A DNA stretch of 59,065 bases, filler included, from Perkinsus olseni (taxonomy: Eukaryota), in assembly GCA_013115125.1 (NCBI GenBank). It is 2 parts of 2 records of this genome, joined end to end, with 100 filler letters (N's around TTAATTAATTAA, not from the genome) between each part and the next. Parts side by side here need not be neighbours in the genome. Positions count along the whole stretch, not along the records: positions 1 to 29,597 come from JABANN010000431.1; 1 more part is not named here. One strand, given 5' to 3'. The translations under genes were made by a program, and so were the position numbers. This document shows, in pieces, positions 10,752 to 24,013 of the stretch. Position 1 is the stretch's first letter; every line of letters starts with the position of its first letter. The notes beneath the pieces were generated by a model. It saw nothing but the letters and a program-made list of their open reading frames with translations. It ran no database searches and was not told the DNA's origin.

Positions 10752-13733
10752 TTAACGCAACAAATTCCACGGGCTGGGCTGGGCTGAGCTGTAAGCTGGT
10801 CTGAAGACAATGGCGTTGTAAGAATCAGCATCTATTAGGTCCGCACTGGACCGGCAAAGTGAAGTACACTGCACAAGCATATACCAAAGCTTTCCGCTGA
10901 AGCTGCTCACGGCCGGCTGTAGCTGTCTAAAGCCGGCGTTGGGGCTGGACCTCAGGATGCAAGGCGTGAGGAGCACGTCGTAGGTCTCGTAGTATCATCT
11001 TGTTCGGGTAAGGTTAAGGCCTTGGAATACACAATCTTCACACGACAGCCTTCACAGAGATACCTGACAGTAAGGAGACTGTCAGTGCGTCTAAGTGGAA
11101 GCCTCACCCTTCTTTGGTCATGTTATCCACGCGTATCTTAGGTTGAAGATGGGCCGCCATGATGGAAGGCCCAAGCTCTTAAGATATCTCCCTAAGCATC
11201 GACTCGTCTCGAATAAACCCAGCAAGCCAGGAGAGCCGCCGTCGCAGGAAGTCGATGAGGACCTGCACGCGGGAGTACATAAGAGCTTCACTACCGTGAA
11301 GTCCTCAAGATACCGTCCAATTCCGCTCCTTCGTAGCGACGTATTGTTGCCATCGGGCTGATAACCGCGAGAATCTGAGGGAGGGGAGGATTACCTCCCC
11401 CTCACATCACGCACGAGCAGGCAGTGGCACGGCCGGAATCAACTGCAGCTTCTGAGTCTCAAAGGCAAACGAGATAGCGGGCAGTAGGAGAGAGAGAAGG
11501 CCATTCGAGCTCTCCGAAGAGCCTACGTGACGTCTGTGGCTCTGACCGTTCGAGCGTGGTACTTGTCCTTCACCCGCCAGAGTTGCGCTCGATGCTCATG
11601 CTCAACTCCCTCCAGCCTCTGTGTAAGCTCCTTCACATGGATCTTCAGTTCACCTGTGAAACAAACATCATTCGGTAAAGCCATCTTCTGCCTCTCAACG
11701 CACCGATCCGTGACGCCTTCTCGGCGATCTCCTTGTCTCGGAGGCCAACCGTTCCAACCAGGACTTGTCTGAGCCGTTCTGTTTCACCGAGCTCTCTTCT
11801 CAAGTCCCTCATCTGCATCTCGAGCCTATGAGAAAGAAAGATACCCCGCGTAACCCCACGAGCTCGCTGCTCACCTCAGCTGCGGTCTAACCCTTCGCCA
11901 GGCATCCCACGCGAACAGCCGATTGGCTTTGGTAGTGGGCCGGAGCAACCTCTGCACCTTTGCCTCGGCCATCGTCCGCATCCGTAGAGTGACGCGATCG
12001 TAGTCTGCCAGAAGATCATTCCGTTGGTAGCGAGCGATCACTGAAACCTCACTGTCTTCCATGCGACGCTTCTCTCCCTGCAGCTTCGTAACTTCCTTCT
12101 CTAGACCACCGATCCTCTCCCGGTGCCGAGCATCACTTTCGACTGACCCAGACAGGAAACTCACGCTCGCTCGTCGCGGCAGCTAACAGCCTGGATCATA
12201 GCTTAAGTCTCACCTGCTTCCCTACGAGCCCCAGACAGCTGCCCACTGCGATAAAGGCTCTCAAGCACCTAGCCAAGCACGATACCAATGATGTTGTCAA
12301 CGATTTCGCGAGTATACCCTTCTCTGGAGATCCGCGTCATGAACTTTCTCGAGGCATACTTCTAGCCTGCTGAGGTGACGGGTGCAAATGTCCTCATGAT
12401 GAGCAAGGGCGACTTCAAGATGCGTTGTTTGCTCCTTCTGCCACCTGTCGGGACGATCGGATTAAAACACACCTGAGATGCTTCGCGTGAGACATCCGTT
12501 GCGTCGCAGCTCACAGGAGATTCGCCTCAAGATCGGAGAGCCGAGCTTCGAGACAGACCACTCGTTCTTTCGTCACGTCTCTCTGCGCTCTGGCTTCGTT
12601 ACATGCTTCCCTCCATCTGAACGGTAAATGCTGGGCCTACCGTCTATGACCACGCTACCTGACTTCGCTCCCTGTGATTTGCACCAGCTCTTCATCTCTT
12701 TCCTTGACAAGTTGAAGTGCTTCTTGTACCTGTCGATAGGATTTCCGGAAAGTTTGGTACGGCGACACCATACCTTCGCTTCGCACTCCTCTTTGAGCAT
12801 GTCCACAGCCATTTCATGCTCGGTGATCGTGATGAACTCTTCCTCGTCAGACTCGACCGAATCGGTCATTCCTTCATCTGATGGAGTCAAGTGCATGCCG
12901 TTGAAACCAAAGACCGGACTCCCTCATCCCCGGAATGTGGATTCCGGACCGAGTCGAAAACTATGGACTCAGTTAAATTGAGTTGATGAAGAATTCAATG
13001 GTAATTGGCTCAGTCGGATGATGATTGATTTGACCCGGGGGTCCTCACCGGGCTTGACCCCCTTGTCCTTCAGAGCAGCCGTGACAAGACCATCAATCTT
13101 TTGCTTGCTAGTAACCTGCTCTCCACGAGTACGCTGTGGACGACGAGGCGCATGAGAGCTTCTACCTCAGCGACCTCACGATGACTCGCACGTTTCTGGC
13201 GTTTAGATTCTAGGACGGCCCCGCAGGACCCACACTTGATCCACTCTGGCACCTGCACGATCGCCTGTCGAGGTCACATTGAGGCGCGGGCCCTACTTGA
13301 CGGTCCGTCACGTATTTGGCTCCAACACGTCTCATGCGCCGCTTCCGCCGTAACATTCTGGCGTTCTGTACGCGACCTTCCGCATCCAGCAAGCCGATTC
13401 CCTCGGGATCGAGCTGAGCGACGACAGGTCCGGCACTTCAGAATCATAGGCGTAACGCGGCATGTGGTGTGATTTCGATGACCCACTTGTGCTCTATTAT
13501 GGGAGACGCATCGAGTCGGCATTTCGCCGTTAATTTCCTCATCATCGGAGCTTTCATGTTCCTGACGCGTGAGAATCTCCCGCCGCACTAAGGCTGCCTC
13601 TCTGGATAGCGTGACCACCTGAACAGCCGCTCCCGCTTCCTTCTGCAGCACGCTCGCAAGTCGCTCGCCTCGAAGCACTCACCGTTGGCCGGCGTTGCGC
13701 AATGCTCGCTACTGTCTCATCCCGGTCGGACAT
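10752..13733 (-). CDS. Hypothetical coiled-coil-rich protein, many exons (boundaries approximate; could be more than one gene)
   Basis: Candidate start MSDRDETVASIAQRRPT|gtgag at 13733. Successive exon-like segments are bounded by GT-AG (KCGSCGAVLE, EHEMAVDMLKEECEAK, ERIGGLEKEVTKLQGEKRRME, YLCEGCRVK), with a final stop at 10752. Confidence 0.5.
11131..11152. repeat. Dispersed 22-nt motif GCGTATCTTAGGTTGAAGATGG (copy 1)
   Basis: Identical 22-mer at 48098-48119; 15-nt core again at 48301-48315; 1-mismatch reverse-complement variant at 35826-35843. Confidence 0.8.
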
Positions 13734-13878
13734 TTGTCTCCGTGAAGTTCATCATCGACTGCGTCGTCCAAGTTAAACTGAATTAACAAACTCCACAGTT
13801 GGTTCTCAAAGCGATCCATCACATGGTTCACAACCAACATCACGTCAACAGAGTGGCGACTGATAAACTATGCTGCTT

Positions 13879-15422
13879 TCAATATGAACTCGGCTTCAAG
13901 TCCAACATGGCGCTGATGCACTTTCTCTTGGCGATTAATCTAGCTATTTCTGCCTCTTGCCTCGCTGCAACGAGCCTCTCGCCCTGGCCACGGTCTTCTC
14001 CGTAGTTGGCAGGGTCAATACTATTCGGAAACACGTGCGAGTGGCCAAGATGGGAGGCCCTCAGTGAGTGCTCGGCATCACACAAGAACTGCTGTTGGTG
14101 GCCGAGGATGGAACCAGGGCGACACAGTCTGTTCCAACCGATCCACGCTCGTGCTGGGAACCCATACCGCCTCATGGCGTATAGACCAATGAGACATCCA
14201 GTGCGGCCCAGCCCAGCCTTGCAGTGCACGGCGACGGCTCCGGGCTTGATCGCTTCGATCGCGCTGATGAAGTGGTTCACAATAGAAGGCGATGGGCAGC
14301 TGCCGTCAGGGAAGAAGAGGTCCATGTGAGCGAACCCCGCTGAAGTAAAGCGGCTACGATCGTACAACTTCTGGTTCAACCGAATGATGAGCTTAACGCC
14401 CATGGAGTGGAACATGGCATGATAGTCCTCGGGTATGCGGGCTGAGTAACCACGCGGATCTCTACGCTCGTCGTGTGGGCTCGAAAAGGCGAGTATCTTT
14501 CCAGGTATTATCCAGTTGACGTCGCCGTTGTTGAGGCTGCCGTAGTAGTTGTACTCGTTGACATCGAATTTTCGGGGATCGTACCAGCCCAGTGAATGAG
14601 CATACTCCAAACCGCAGAGGCAATCAAGTATCTGAGACGACCGTAGCGTGCGTGCATGCAGCACAAGCATGCTCACCGTGCACGGATACGGGCAGTCCCC
14701 TACAGAAGCGTCCCTGAAGGGCACGACCGGAGGGTACCCAGCCTCGACACGTTCCAACGCTTCACCAGGAGGGAGCTTGTGGAAAAACATCAGATACGCA
14801 GAGGCTAGGAGAATCGCGTTCGAACCTAAGCAGGCAAGAAACCTAATACTACGGCTTGAGGGTATCGAGAAAACTACGCTTCTCGGGGCGACTGCAGCAG
14901 TAGTGAACTACGGGTCTGTCGTCACGAGCACCGCTCTCGAGCAAGGACTTCACCTAGCAGACGACAGGTCCACTGTATGAAGGCTGTTCATGCGTGCTGC
15001 TACTTTGCGCAAGTAAATGGTGATCTGCGCCAAGTTCAAGGGTCCAAAGTCTCTATAGAACCTATCGTACACGAGCTCGTCATCGATATTCAATAATATC
15101 GGCCTTCTCTTCACGGTGGGATTGATGACCGGGAAGCCGTCCACCACCGTAAAATAGAAGCGTTGTGGTATCAACTCCTTTACAGGGTGACTGGAGACTA
15201 GACCGTCCAAAGCCACTGCCTTGCTGTACCCTCGGTGGTGATGCCTCAACAAGCTCCGATGTGGTACTGAGAACCCGACACGCTTCTCTACGGACTTAGC
15301 TTTCGGGCGCGATGGGAACGCGGGGTAGGCTGAAAATTGTGATGCCGGTGGAAGGCTCGGCCTTGCTTGCCAGTTTTCAACTCTCGATTTCGCAAGTTTC
15401 CTTTCGAATGCTCGCCCAGCAT
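13879..15422 (-). CDS. CDC14: CDC14 dual-specificity protein phosphatase
   Basis: IDDELVYDRFYRDFGPLNL, VVHYCC, PFRDAS, NGDVNWIIPGKILAFSSP, IIRLNQKLYD, DLFFPDGSCP, catalytic AVHCKAGLGRTG, WNRLCRPGSILGHQQQFL. Two short introns link the two track ORFs. Start uncertain (ATG at 15422 chosen). Confidence 0.95.
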
Positions 15423-15651
15423 TCCTCTCGTCGTAGCCGCTGCGCAGTAGTTGTACTCCGAGATGATTATGGTAGGTTCGGATGATGGACGGAGAATCAG
15501 GCGGAAGACAACCACTAAGGAAAGTGCGATGAAGCTCGGAATCTGCGGAAACGCCACGCTCGAGGAAATTGTACTTTTCCAAGACGTCGTGCGCTCAGCT
15601 CTCGGCGTGCCGCGAGAGCAGCTTGACTTGGGATTGATTAATAACGTGCGA

Positions 15652-16450
15652 ATGGCTTCCAGCAGCCGGAGAGATACTCTCGAGTATATTCATCGATTTT
15701 GCACCGCGCTATTCAAAACCTCTGTGAGGAACGTTAGAGGAGCGGCACACCCCAGTCTTGCGGCGTTCGATAGTTTCAGAGGAAGCGTTTGGTTAGGATG
15801 GCACGGTGAGGGGTTGCTCCGAAGAATCGTGATAAGCTATTATAATAACGGGGGTGTATGCCCGGGGAGCATCGAGGAGGCTGGTTCAGTTCATCTTTGT
15901 AAGACTTGGACTAAACCGCTCTTACCTCTACAACATGAAGTGTCACGAGCAGTCCGTCAGCCCGTGGGGACTCGGAACCCCAAAGGATGCAATGATTTCG
16001 GGCGGATCTCGAGAAGGATGCACAATATGTCTAACGGACTCAGTGAGGTCTCCAACCAAGTTTTCTAGTACTGCCGTGTTACGGAATTGTACTTGGTTCA
16101 ACACAAGCGAGCTCTCAGCTCTCAGAGGGAGTTTGGAGCGACCTCCACGGTATACTCCACTCGATGAGGTATGCTGCGCAGCCACGCAGCATACTCCGGG
16201 CTGAAATTTACAATGGGTTTTGTCTTGTGAATGCGTCTACCTTCTTAGCAGTTCATAGAGGCTGTAACATCGATGGCTGGTCTCTTGATGGCTGGTTAAG
16301 GAACTACTGAGCCCCAAACTGCTTCCCACGATCACGTGCTCGTTAGCAGAGCATCTTGGCTGAGCTGTGGCTGGCGATGCTATCACATGGTCACATCACG
16401 TACTGCTTCCGATAGAACCGTCATATTGGAACGTTCAATGAGGAAGTAAG
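15652..16450 (+). CDS. Hypothetical small multi-exon gene divergent from CDC14
   Basis: ATG15652 MASSSRRDTLEYIHRFCTALFKTS|gtgagg followed by several regularly spaced GT/AG pairs. No unique splicing solution and no recognisable domain. Confidence 0.3.
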
Positions 16451-17024
16451 GGGGATAGCCTCATCCTCTGCAACCGATAGACACGATAGTATAGACCGCA
16501 AGTTCGATTCCCTAAACTTTTACTTTTAACCAGCGAGCAGATCATCATCCCGACAAAACGGCCAGCGGCTGGCCGCCAGCCACCGCCCCCTCCTCCCATT
16601 CCTAGGTCATCACCTGAAAACTCATTGCTCAGCCGCTGCAGCATATCCAATGCTAGCAGGAGGACTTCCATCAGCAGGTCAGCCACGTGTCATTTATAAA
16701 GAGCGTCGACGCGCCATAGAGGACGTATCATAAGATGACGATCTTCTACATGCGACCTGAATCGAAGGGCGAGGAAACAATGCACCCGGGTTCAATCCTA
16801 CCACCCGGCACTCACACAAGAGCTCCACTACGTCGGGCATATAATGGATGTTATGACGAGATCCACTGGGGTCCATCGTTATACTGTCGTCTAAGTCGGG
16901 ATACTAAGGATGCGAAGGAGTGGTATAAACTTGCTAGCATGCGTAATATAGAAATGAACCGCACAATGAGCTGTGAAACTCTCCAATCTCCTAGTATACC
17001 TGCCTAAGCCGTCATGGCAGTAAC

Positions 17025-17301
17025 AACAAGGTGCTTTAGTAGGGCGNNNNNNNNNNNNNNNNNNNNNNNNNNNNNNNNNNNNNNNNNNNNNNNNNNNNNN
17101 NNNNNNNNNNNNNNNNNNNNNNNNNNNNNNNNTAGTAGGTAGCGTGGACCACATCATGGACGTGCCAACAGGGGCTTTAGTAGGAGCGTGGACCACATCA
17201 TGGACGTGCCAACAGGTGCTTTAGTAGGAGCGTGGACCACATCATGGACGTGCCAACAGGGGCTTTAGTAGGAGCGTGGACCACATCATGGACGTGCCAA
17301 C
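17025..17301. repeat. 44-bp tandem minisatellite spanning an 86-N assembly gap (17047-17132)
   Basis: Unit TTTAGTAGGAGCGTGGACCACATCATGGACGTGCCAACAGG(G/T)GC; CGTGCCAAC recurs at 17161, 17205, 17249 and 17293 (period 44); partial unit left of the gap. Confidence 0.93.
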
Positions 17302-17958
17302 TAACTTTGCTGGCTGCACATCTTACTCATCTTACGTCACTTGCATTTCCCCTACTTTTGACTATGCATCTTTGAAAGTCGAGCTAGTCGGCTCGTCCGC
17401 CTGGCGGCCAGGCTGTGTTAATTCTTCAGAAGTCTGGGACTTCAAGTCTCTTCACGCCATGTGTAATAGCTACGTTTGGTGGATACGATGATAATAAACG
17501 TCGCCCGAATGCTGTCAGTACCATAACTGCCGCACATCGCAATCGTTGCTTTTCCTATCATGCGACTTGATACAATCTCAGCTCTGCTCGCTGCTAGCTT
17601 GGTTCGGCACATTTCGCGACCACGACCAACAGACGCTCTGAGCTTCGATGGAAGCCATTAATGGAACCCCGGTCACCCATTCACCACTGGTGGACCACCA
17701 CGAAGATGGGACATCTACAGGTGCGCAGATGATTCCAATGTAAACGACCTTCAGTGACGTTCCGCGGCATCCGGAGTCCGATACATGAACAATGAACGAA
17801 CAGCGCACAAGATTGTCTCCGACGCTAGCGCAGTGTACTCTCAGTTGGACAAAATTTGTCCGGCAAGTCGTGAAATCTTTACCCAACTCGTGAGTATCGT
17901 TAAGTATGTCATTGTACTGGATACTACTGTAGTTTCTCTTGCCCTATCATCATTCCTC

Positions 17959-19705
17959 ATGCGTCTGTGTATTGGTCGTCCCGTGTCACCGCGTAGTGCC
18001 AGGCGAGACCTAGGCCTCCAGAAGTGCATAACATTCTCAGTTCTCAGTATGCTGGGCTTTGGCATCACCAGCTATGTCATGGCGTAAGATACTATCTATC
18101 ACTGCAAAGGCCTCCTTGAGTTTGTGTTTTGTCAGGTTGGCAACCGGTATACTCGAGAGCTCGGTCGAGAAGTATTACTGGATCGGTGCGGAATGGAAGA
18201 TGATGGCAATAATATGGTTGTCAGCGAGCTTACCAGGTACGCGGATTTCCCTCTCGCGGCTGTGATGTTTGCGTATCACCCTTGTCCTTAGGCATCGTCT
18301 GTTACCTTTACCATTGGGTTCGTAACAAGCGTGTAGAGTTCTTCTGGAGTGGTAATACTGGCCAGGCTAATAAAATCACAGTGAAGACGAAGGCTCTCAC
18401 GCTCTTGGGTGGCGTCTTGTTGGGATTGTCTCTAACTCTGATGAAGAAGGCATTCGTGTTCACCAGCCCCGCCGAGAAAGGTAGGACGTGGAAGGCGAGC
18501 CCGTCAGTTCTCAGCGCAATAGCTGTTGATCTGTGTCAGGTCCGGTTACTGCGATCTTAGGGACGGCAATCGTCGTTGTGAGCCTGTACGGTCACTTCGT
18601 TTTCGGCGAGTTGCTCACGAAGAAGCACGTCTTCTTAATTATTGTGGTAGTTGGCCTGCTAGAATCGTCGTGTCTAGCTTGTACTCACGTCGTGGTTGGC
18701 AGATTCTGGTTGGCGTTGTGATATCGTCGCTTGGATCCGGAAGTAGTGGGACTGACGCCCACACCGGCGCCCCTGCAGTTGCGGACTACAAGCCGTATGA
18801 GGCGTTCTCATCGTTCCTCCACAGAGAGACTGTCATCTTCCAACCCAACCAAGCGTCCCCTGTTGGCACCGACCATATACTGGGATTCGCCTTCGCAGTA
18901 AGTCCGTCGTGGTTTTCCTTATCGTAGTTCTCTCGGTGTGTAAAGTGTGTGTTTCTCTTTTCGATGCGTTTTCGCCTCGAATTCTGAGTGCTACTGTTGG
19001 CTCTTTTCGGGCATCGAGGTTGGGACGCGTGACCCATTGTCATGATATCTGTTGTATCAGGTTTTGGCGATGCTTTCAATGTCGGGCACTACGCTCCTTA
19101 TCCGATACAGCGCTATCGGTAAGAACTCGTCATTTCTTTCGTATTCCACTGCGAGTATCGGGATTCTATCCCAGGTAACGTCTCGACATGGAGCGGTTTC
19201 GCTTCAAGACAGTGTGTGTTGTCTGTGATGGCCCTTGTGGCTGGGTTTACCTTGGCAAGGAGCGATGATAACCAGGACTTGCCCGCTACAGTCCTACCCA
19301 ATGAAGTCATTGGTTTGGCAGTAATTGCCGGTTTATCGCAAGTAAGAGGCATCTGCCTCAGACCTGTCCGGTGAAATTGAGCTGGGCTTTATTATTTCAT
19401 TTTAGGCCCTCGCGATATTCGCGTTGAACGCTGCCCTGCTGTATCCTTCGACGAGCCTGGTTAACGTCATCGCGTCCTCGCACTCCGTAGTTGTGCTCTT
19501 CCTCAATCTTGCAATAGATGGACTGCTACCATGCTTGTCTCAATTGGTCGGTATGTCTATTCTTCTTACTGGTGTCATTCTAAGTTCGCTGCTGCCCCCT
19601 TCAACATCGCAAGACGAAATCGTCGCAGAGGGCAAGAACAGAGCTCTGCAGGTGGATAACCAGTCCACTCGAGAGAGCCTGTTGGACCACAGCAGCCTTG
19701 TGTAA
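17959..19705 (+). CDS. EamA/drug-metabolite transporter (DMT)-like membrane protein, paralogue 1
   Basis: About 10 hydrophobic segments in two halves. Motifs shared with three neighbours: KCI..S.L.MLGFGIT.Y, AEWKMM.I.WLS..PG, KKAFVF.SPA.KGP.TAI, VSLYGHFVF.E.L, AL.YP.TSLVNVI.S, LNLA.DGLLP...QL.GM. Confidence 0.8.
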
Positions 19706-21387
19706 TTGATGATTCTTAAGAATGTCTAATCTGGTTTCATTCTGGATGATTCGTAGCGGAAGTATGTCTAACAGCTAGTCGTTCGAACATCAACAACATT
19801 ACTTTTTATATGAACTCGCTCTAAGACGTCGAGTCAGCGTGTATAGATCGTATGAGCTCGAGCTCGAGCGATCAACTATTATTATCATTCTTAGTGGCTA
19901 AGACAGGCCTCGAGTACTTAGCAGCTATTATTTACGATTTGTTACGTGACTGTACTGTGACTGTCCGTCATCGCGGCATTCAACGCGATGCCAGTCGTGT
20001 TATAGAGGAATCGCTCACACGCTTTATTTTCATTTTTTAGGGTTTCCTGTTCTCACAGCTTGAGTTATGTAGTGGGAGGGTTGACGATCGAGGGGTTTGT
20101 AACGCCACGACTTAGTGTTGCGCTTGTTTGAACGCAACACTGATTATCGCCTACAGTTTTTTACGTTTCTTGCAGAAGGATAGCGCCAAACGTTTTCGTA
20201 GTGTGGAGTAATCCATTTCTCATAATGTGTTTGACAGTGTGTGCTCGATGGTGCTCGGCAATGATGACCCAGTCTACATCCTACATTGCAAGTTGTTGGT
20301 TATTTCCGCAGAAAGTGGGTGTATGAATTGTGAGTAGCGCTGCGTTGAGGAGCCGTTGCGGAACTCCTGTGCGGCGTGAAACCGGGTTACCATTGCGTTT
20401 GAGGGCAAGACTCCACATTCCGGGAGTCTCGGTCCTTCGCGAGATAATTTATGCGAGCAGCTAAGTCGAAGCCGTTTTCGCATCGTTCAACAGCCTAGGG
20501 TGGCGCGGGTCAGCGCCTTGAGGTCGCGGCCACCGTGAACATGGCGGAGCCGGATTCTCTGCTGGGCCATATGAGATCGATTCCAACTCCAAAGACTACT
20601 GCTGCTGATGCAGATCTGCGAATACATGCAGATTATGTGCACATTGGGTGTAGCTACATAGATGAAGCACCCGGTTGATCGTACCTAGCGATCGAGTTTA
20701 AGTCCCCATGCCATGAAGTTAGTGGCTCATAAAGCTCGGCATAAGCTGCCGGCCCGGGCCTCCTTGTGTGTAGGTGACGCTATCGCCGCTATAGGGCATT
20801 CGTTCTTAATAGCGAGGAGGTGAGGAGCTTCGTCTTTGAAAGAGGCTCCCGCTTGTGGACCGAGTTAGGCAGGGTCATTGCGTAGAGACGTCGGGCACTT
20901 AACGGGCTTTGTAGCGGCAACCTTGGACTACACGTTGTGAGGGAGAACTTGCACTCCTCACTGAAGTCCTGGCTCTTAATTTGTTACCCGATTACTGTCA
21001 TGTAGTGCACATTCGCAATTATGCAAACTCGCGCATGGAAGCTACCTTCCGACCTCTGTGTAGTACTCGCTTCCGGGATCACTGCCGTCATGCTAGTGAC
21101 TTCGTCGCAGACACTCACTCTCCCCTCAACTTACTCACGACTATGAAACTCGACAAGCCAACTTCTAAGATACGTAACACGTCGGATATTATCGCCGGAT
21201 GACGAAACAGACTCGTGTTCGCGTTCAAATGAGAGACAGACAGTCGTGAGATAGAGTAATGAAAATGCGAAATCAGACGACGATTAAACACAGGTGATAA
21301 TAAGAGCTCGATAAATATTCCAAAATAGTAAGACATGGACATCATGAAGGCGAAGGTATCAACACACTATTGATACGCCCAGTCTAC

Positions 21388-23237
21388 TCAGACTGGTACC
21401 TTCGAGTCGGCGAGAAGCGAAGCTCTCAAACCGTAGGGATCATACTTCTCGACAGTTTCGCTCGCCGATGCCTCCAATCCCTTTGGAGGTATGAGGGCGC
21501 TCAACAAGACAGCCAGGAGAATGACAGCCATGCCAATCAGCTGTGTAGTTCCCGGAATCAGACCGTCGACAGCAAGGTTCAACAACAGGACAATAACAGG
21601 ATTAGCCGAGCATATGACGTTCACGAGACTGGTCATCGGATATGCAAGTGCTTCGTTCATAGCGAAGATCCCAATCGACTGAAAAAACGGGACACCTCCG
21701 TTGATACAGTTGTCAAAATGTGAGATGGGAACCTCACCTGCGACAAGCCACCAACCACGGTTGTGACCAGAGCCAATCCAGTAACATACAGAGGAGTCTG
21801 GCCTTCGGCGATCAATACCACCCCGATGGAGAGCGCTACACATGACTGTGATAGTAGAAGAGCCGCGTAGCCACTGCGTGTGGCGACATTACCTGAAAGG
21901 GAGAAGCTCTACTATCAGCTCCGAAGGGCAACCCGCACCGCAAGGACAGAAGAATAGTTAATAGGTGTACGACTAGCGCAGCAGGGAGACCGTCGAAAAT
22001 GCGCGCGGCTTAACTCACCAATGGAGCTGTATCGCATTAATAGTGTCAATGCCGACATCCCAATCATGGCAAGAATCGCGAACAAGAAACCAAGCAAGGG
22101 GTGGGATTCGCTAGAAGGCCCATCAGCAGTAGAGGGAGCGGCATCATTGCCGAGGGTGGAAACTATCATACCAGAAACCGCCTGAAGGAAGGAACTCATC
22201 ACATGAGCCACCCTGAGCCACGAGTGATTCGTAAATGCACCAAAACTTACCATTATTATGAGAGCCGCATGCTGTCGGCCAAGTCGCTCTCGGAAAACAA
22301 AGTGACCGTACAAACTCACCGTGACGACCGTGGAGCTAACGAAGGCAGCAATGGGGCCTGTGGGGACGGAGTGTCAGCAAGTGGAATACTCAAAGAAGAT
22401 TCTGGCGCATCATCGGACAACACCATTCCTTTGATGAACTTCAACGATATGGCTCGAAAGCTTCGAGTCGAAGCTCGTGACACAGAAATGAAGACAGGCC
22501 GAGGATACCACCACCGTCGAATTCAGGTCTTACCTTTGTTAGCCGCAGAGGAAAGTGCAAAGGCTTGTTTGATGAGAGTAGAGGATGCCGCAAGGATGAG
22601 CCCTTCGGAGAGCGTCAATAACTTAGTCATCATCGTGACAGGGCTAGTGGTAGGCGATCTGCTCCAGATGAGCTCGAAGCGTCCGTAGACGATCCAGTGA
22701 GGCACGTAGCAAATCAAACCTGAAAAGAGCGGTACACTCAGAAGTCGTAGGAAGTAACGAATGCCTCAGAGTAACGCCAAAACGCATCTCTGTACTGTAG
22801 AGGCATCCGGTGGCACATATCGCGAGCGGTGGTTACCTGGGACTCCACCGACCAACCACATGATGACCATCATCTGCCACTGGGCTGCTTGTATATTCTC
22901 GATCTCGACTTGGTCCGTAATGAGGCCACCAGTGTATCTGACAGATACTATTTGTAAAGCCTCGATGCCTTCTGGCGAACGTGTGAAACAACCACGCTAT
23001 AACGAGACCAAGTAGCAAAACAGCTGTGGCCCTGCTGGAGAGTCCTCATGTGCCACCGTCAATGATATAGAGCCATGAGAAGACAATTTCATCGCCAAGT
23101 AGGGAACCCCGGTAGTACCCAACACAGTAGTTGAAAAGGCCGTAGCCGATCAAGGCAATGATCGAAAACCCGACACATTTGGCCAAGTCCGCAGTGGAGC
23201 TGTCTTGCTTGGAGCCTTTGTCGAGCAGCATCTGCAT
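21388..23237 (-). CDS. EamA/DMT-like transporter, paralogue 2
   Basis: MQMLLDKGSKQDSSTADLAKCVGFSIIALIGYGLFNYCVG.. to ..LLADSKVPV*; same exon pattern and motifs as paralogue 1. Confidence 0.8.
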
Positions 23238-24013
23238 GAATGGGGTCAGTTATATAAACTACCGTAGATAAGCTTTTCAGAGAGGCCTTCTTCAGAGATC
23301 CACATGCTTTTTCCATCGCCGACCTTCAATACTAGCGTCATTGTGCTACATTCACTGGCTTCCGGGACGCCACGTCTCCTAGCTTCGCTCGTCAGTCAGC
23401 TAAAATATCATCGGATTCTACGATTTCTGTGACTTCGCTTTCTCTGCTGTTTTTCATAGGCGTCGAACAGGGCACACCGCGGCCCGAATCTAGCGTACCG
23501 CTCGTCTCAGACGACTCTTGCTTGCGGCCCGCCAGGGAAGCTGTTTCACGCTACAGGTGCCACGTGCCTCTGACGGCCAGCAACAGGAACGTGGCCAGCG
23601 GTCAGTCATGTACAGTATATCGATTGCTTCTACATCGAGTTACTGGCAACTCATCCGCCGGTAACATACCTAATCAATAAGCCGAGTTCTTATACCCTGC
23701 GTCGAGCCAGAAACACTAGCTTGCGTGAGCATAGCTTTGCATAATCGTGATGGCAGGTGTTGCCCCACCTCTCTCGAACTTGTCAACGCAACAAACCAGA
23801 GCCTTTGAAAGTACGTAACATGACGAATACTCAAAAACAAAGAAGACTCACGCTAGAGTAGAAGCGAACTGAGACGAGCGAGAGTCGAATGATATCCCAA
23901 CATGAAAACAGAGGAAAGCAGATCTCGACAACTTGAATAGATGTAGAACGAATAATATCGAGCTTTACGTAGAAGGTTCTAAAGGCGGATAGCACACCGT
24001 AGTTCCCGTCGAG

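Noticed and set aside
14790-14990. Apparent frameshift or split of CDC14 into two ORFs
   Set aside because: Explained by two short GT-AG introns flanking the exon VKSLLESGARDDRPVVHYCCSRPEKR.
16351-16364. GCATCTTGGCTGAG resembling the spliced-leader 3' end
   Set aside because: Short imperfect match, not positioned upstream of a supported start codon; likely chance.
17133-17301. Possible CRISPR array
   Set aside because: Units are contiguous with no unique spacers, there are no cas genes, and the context is eukaryotic.
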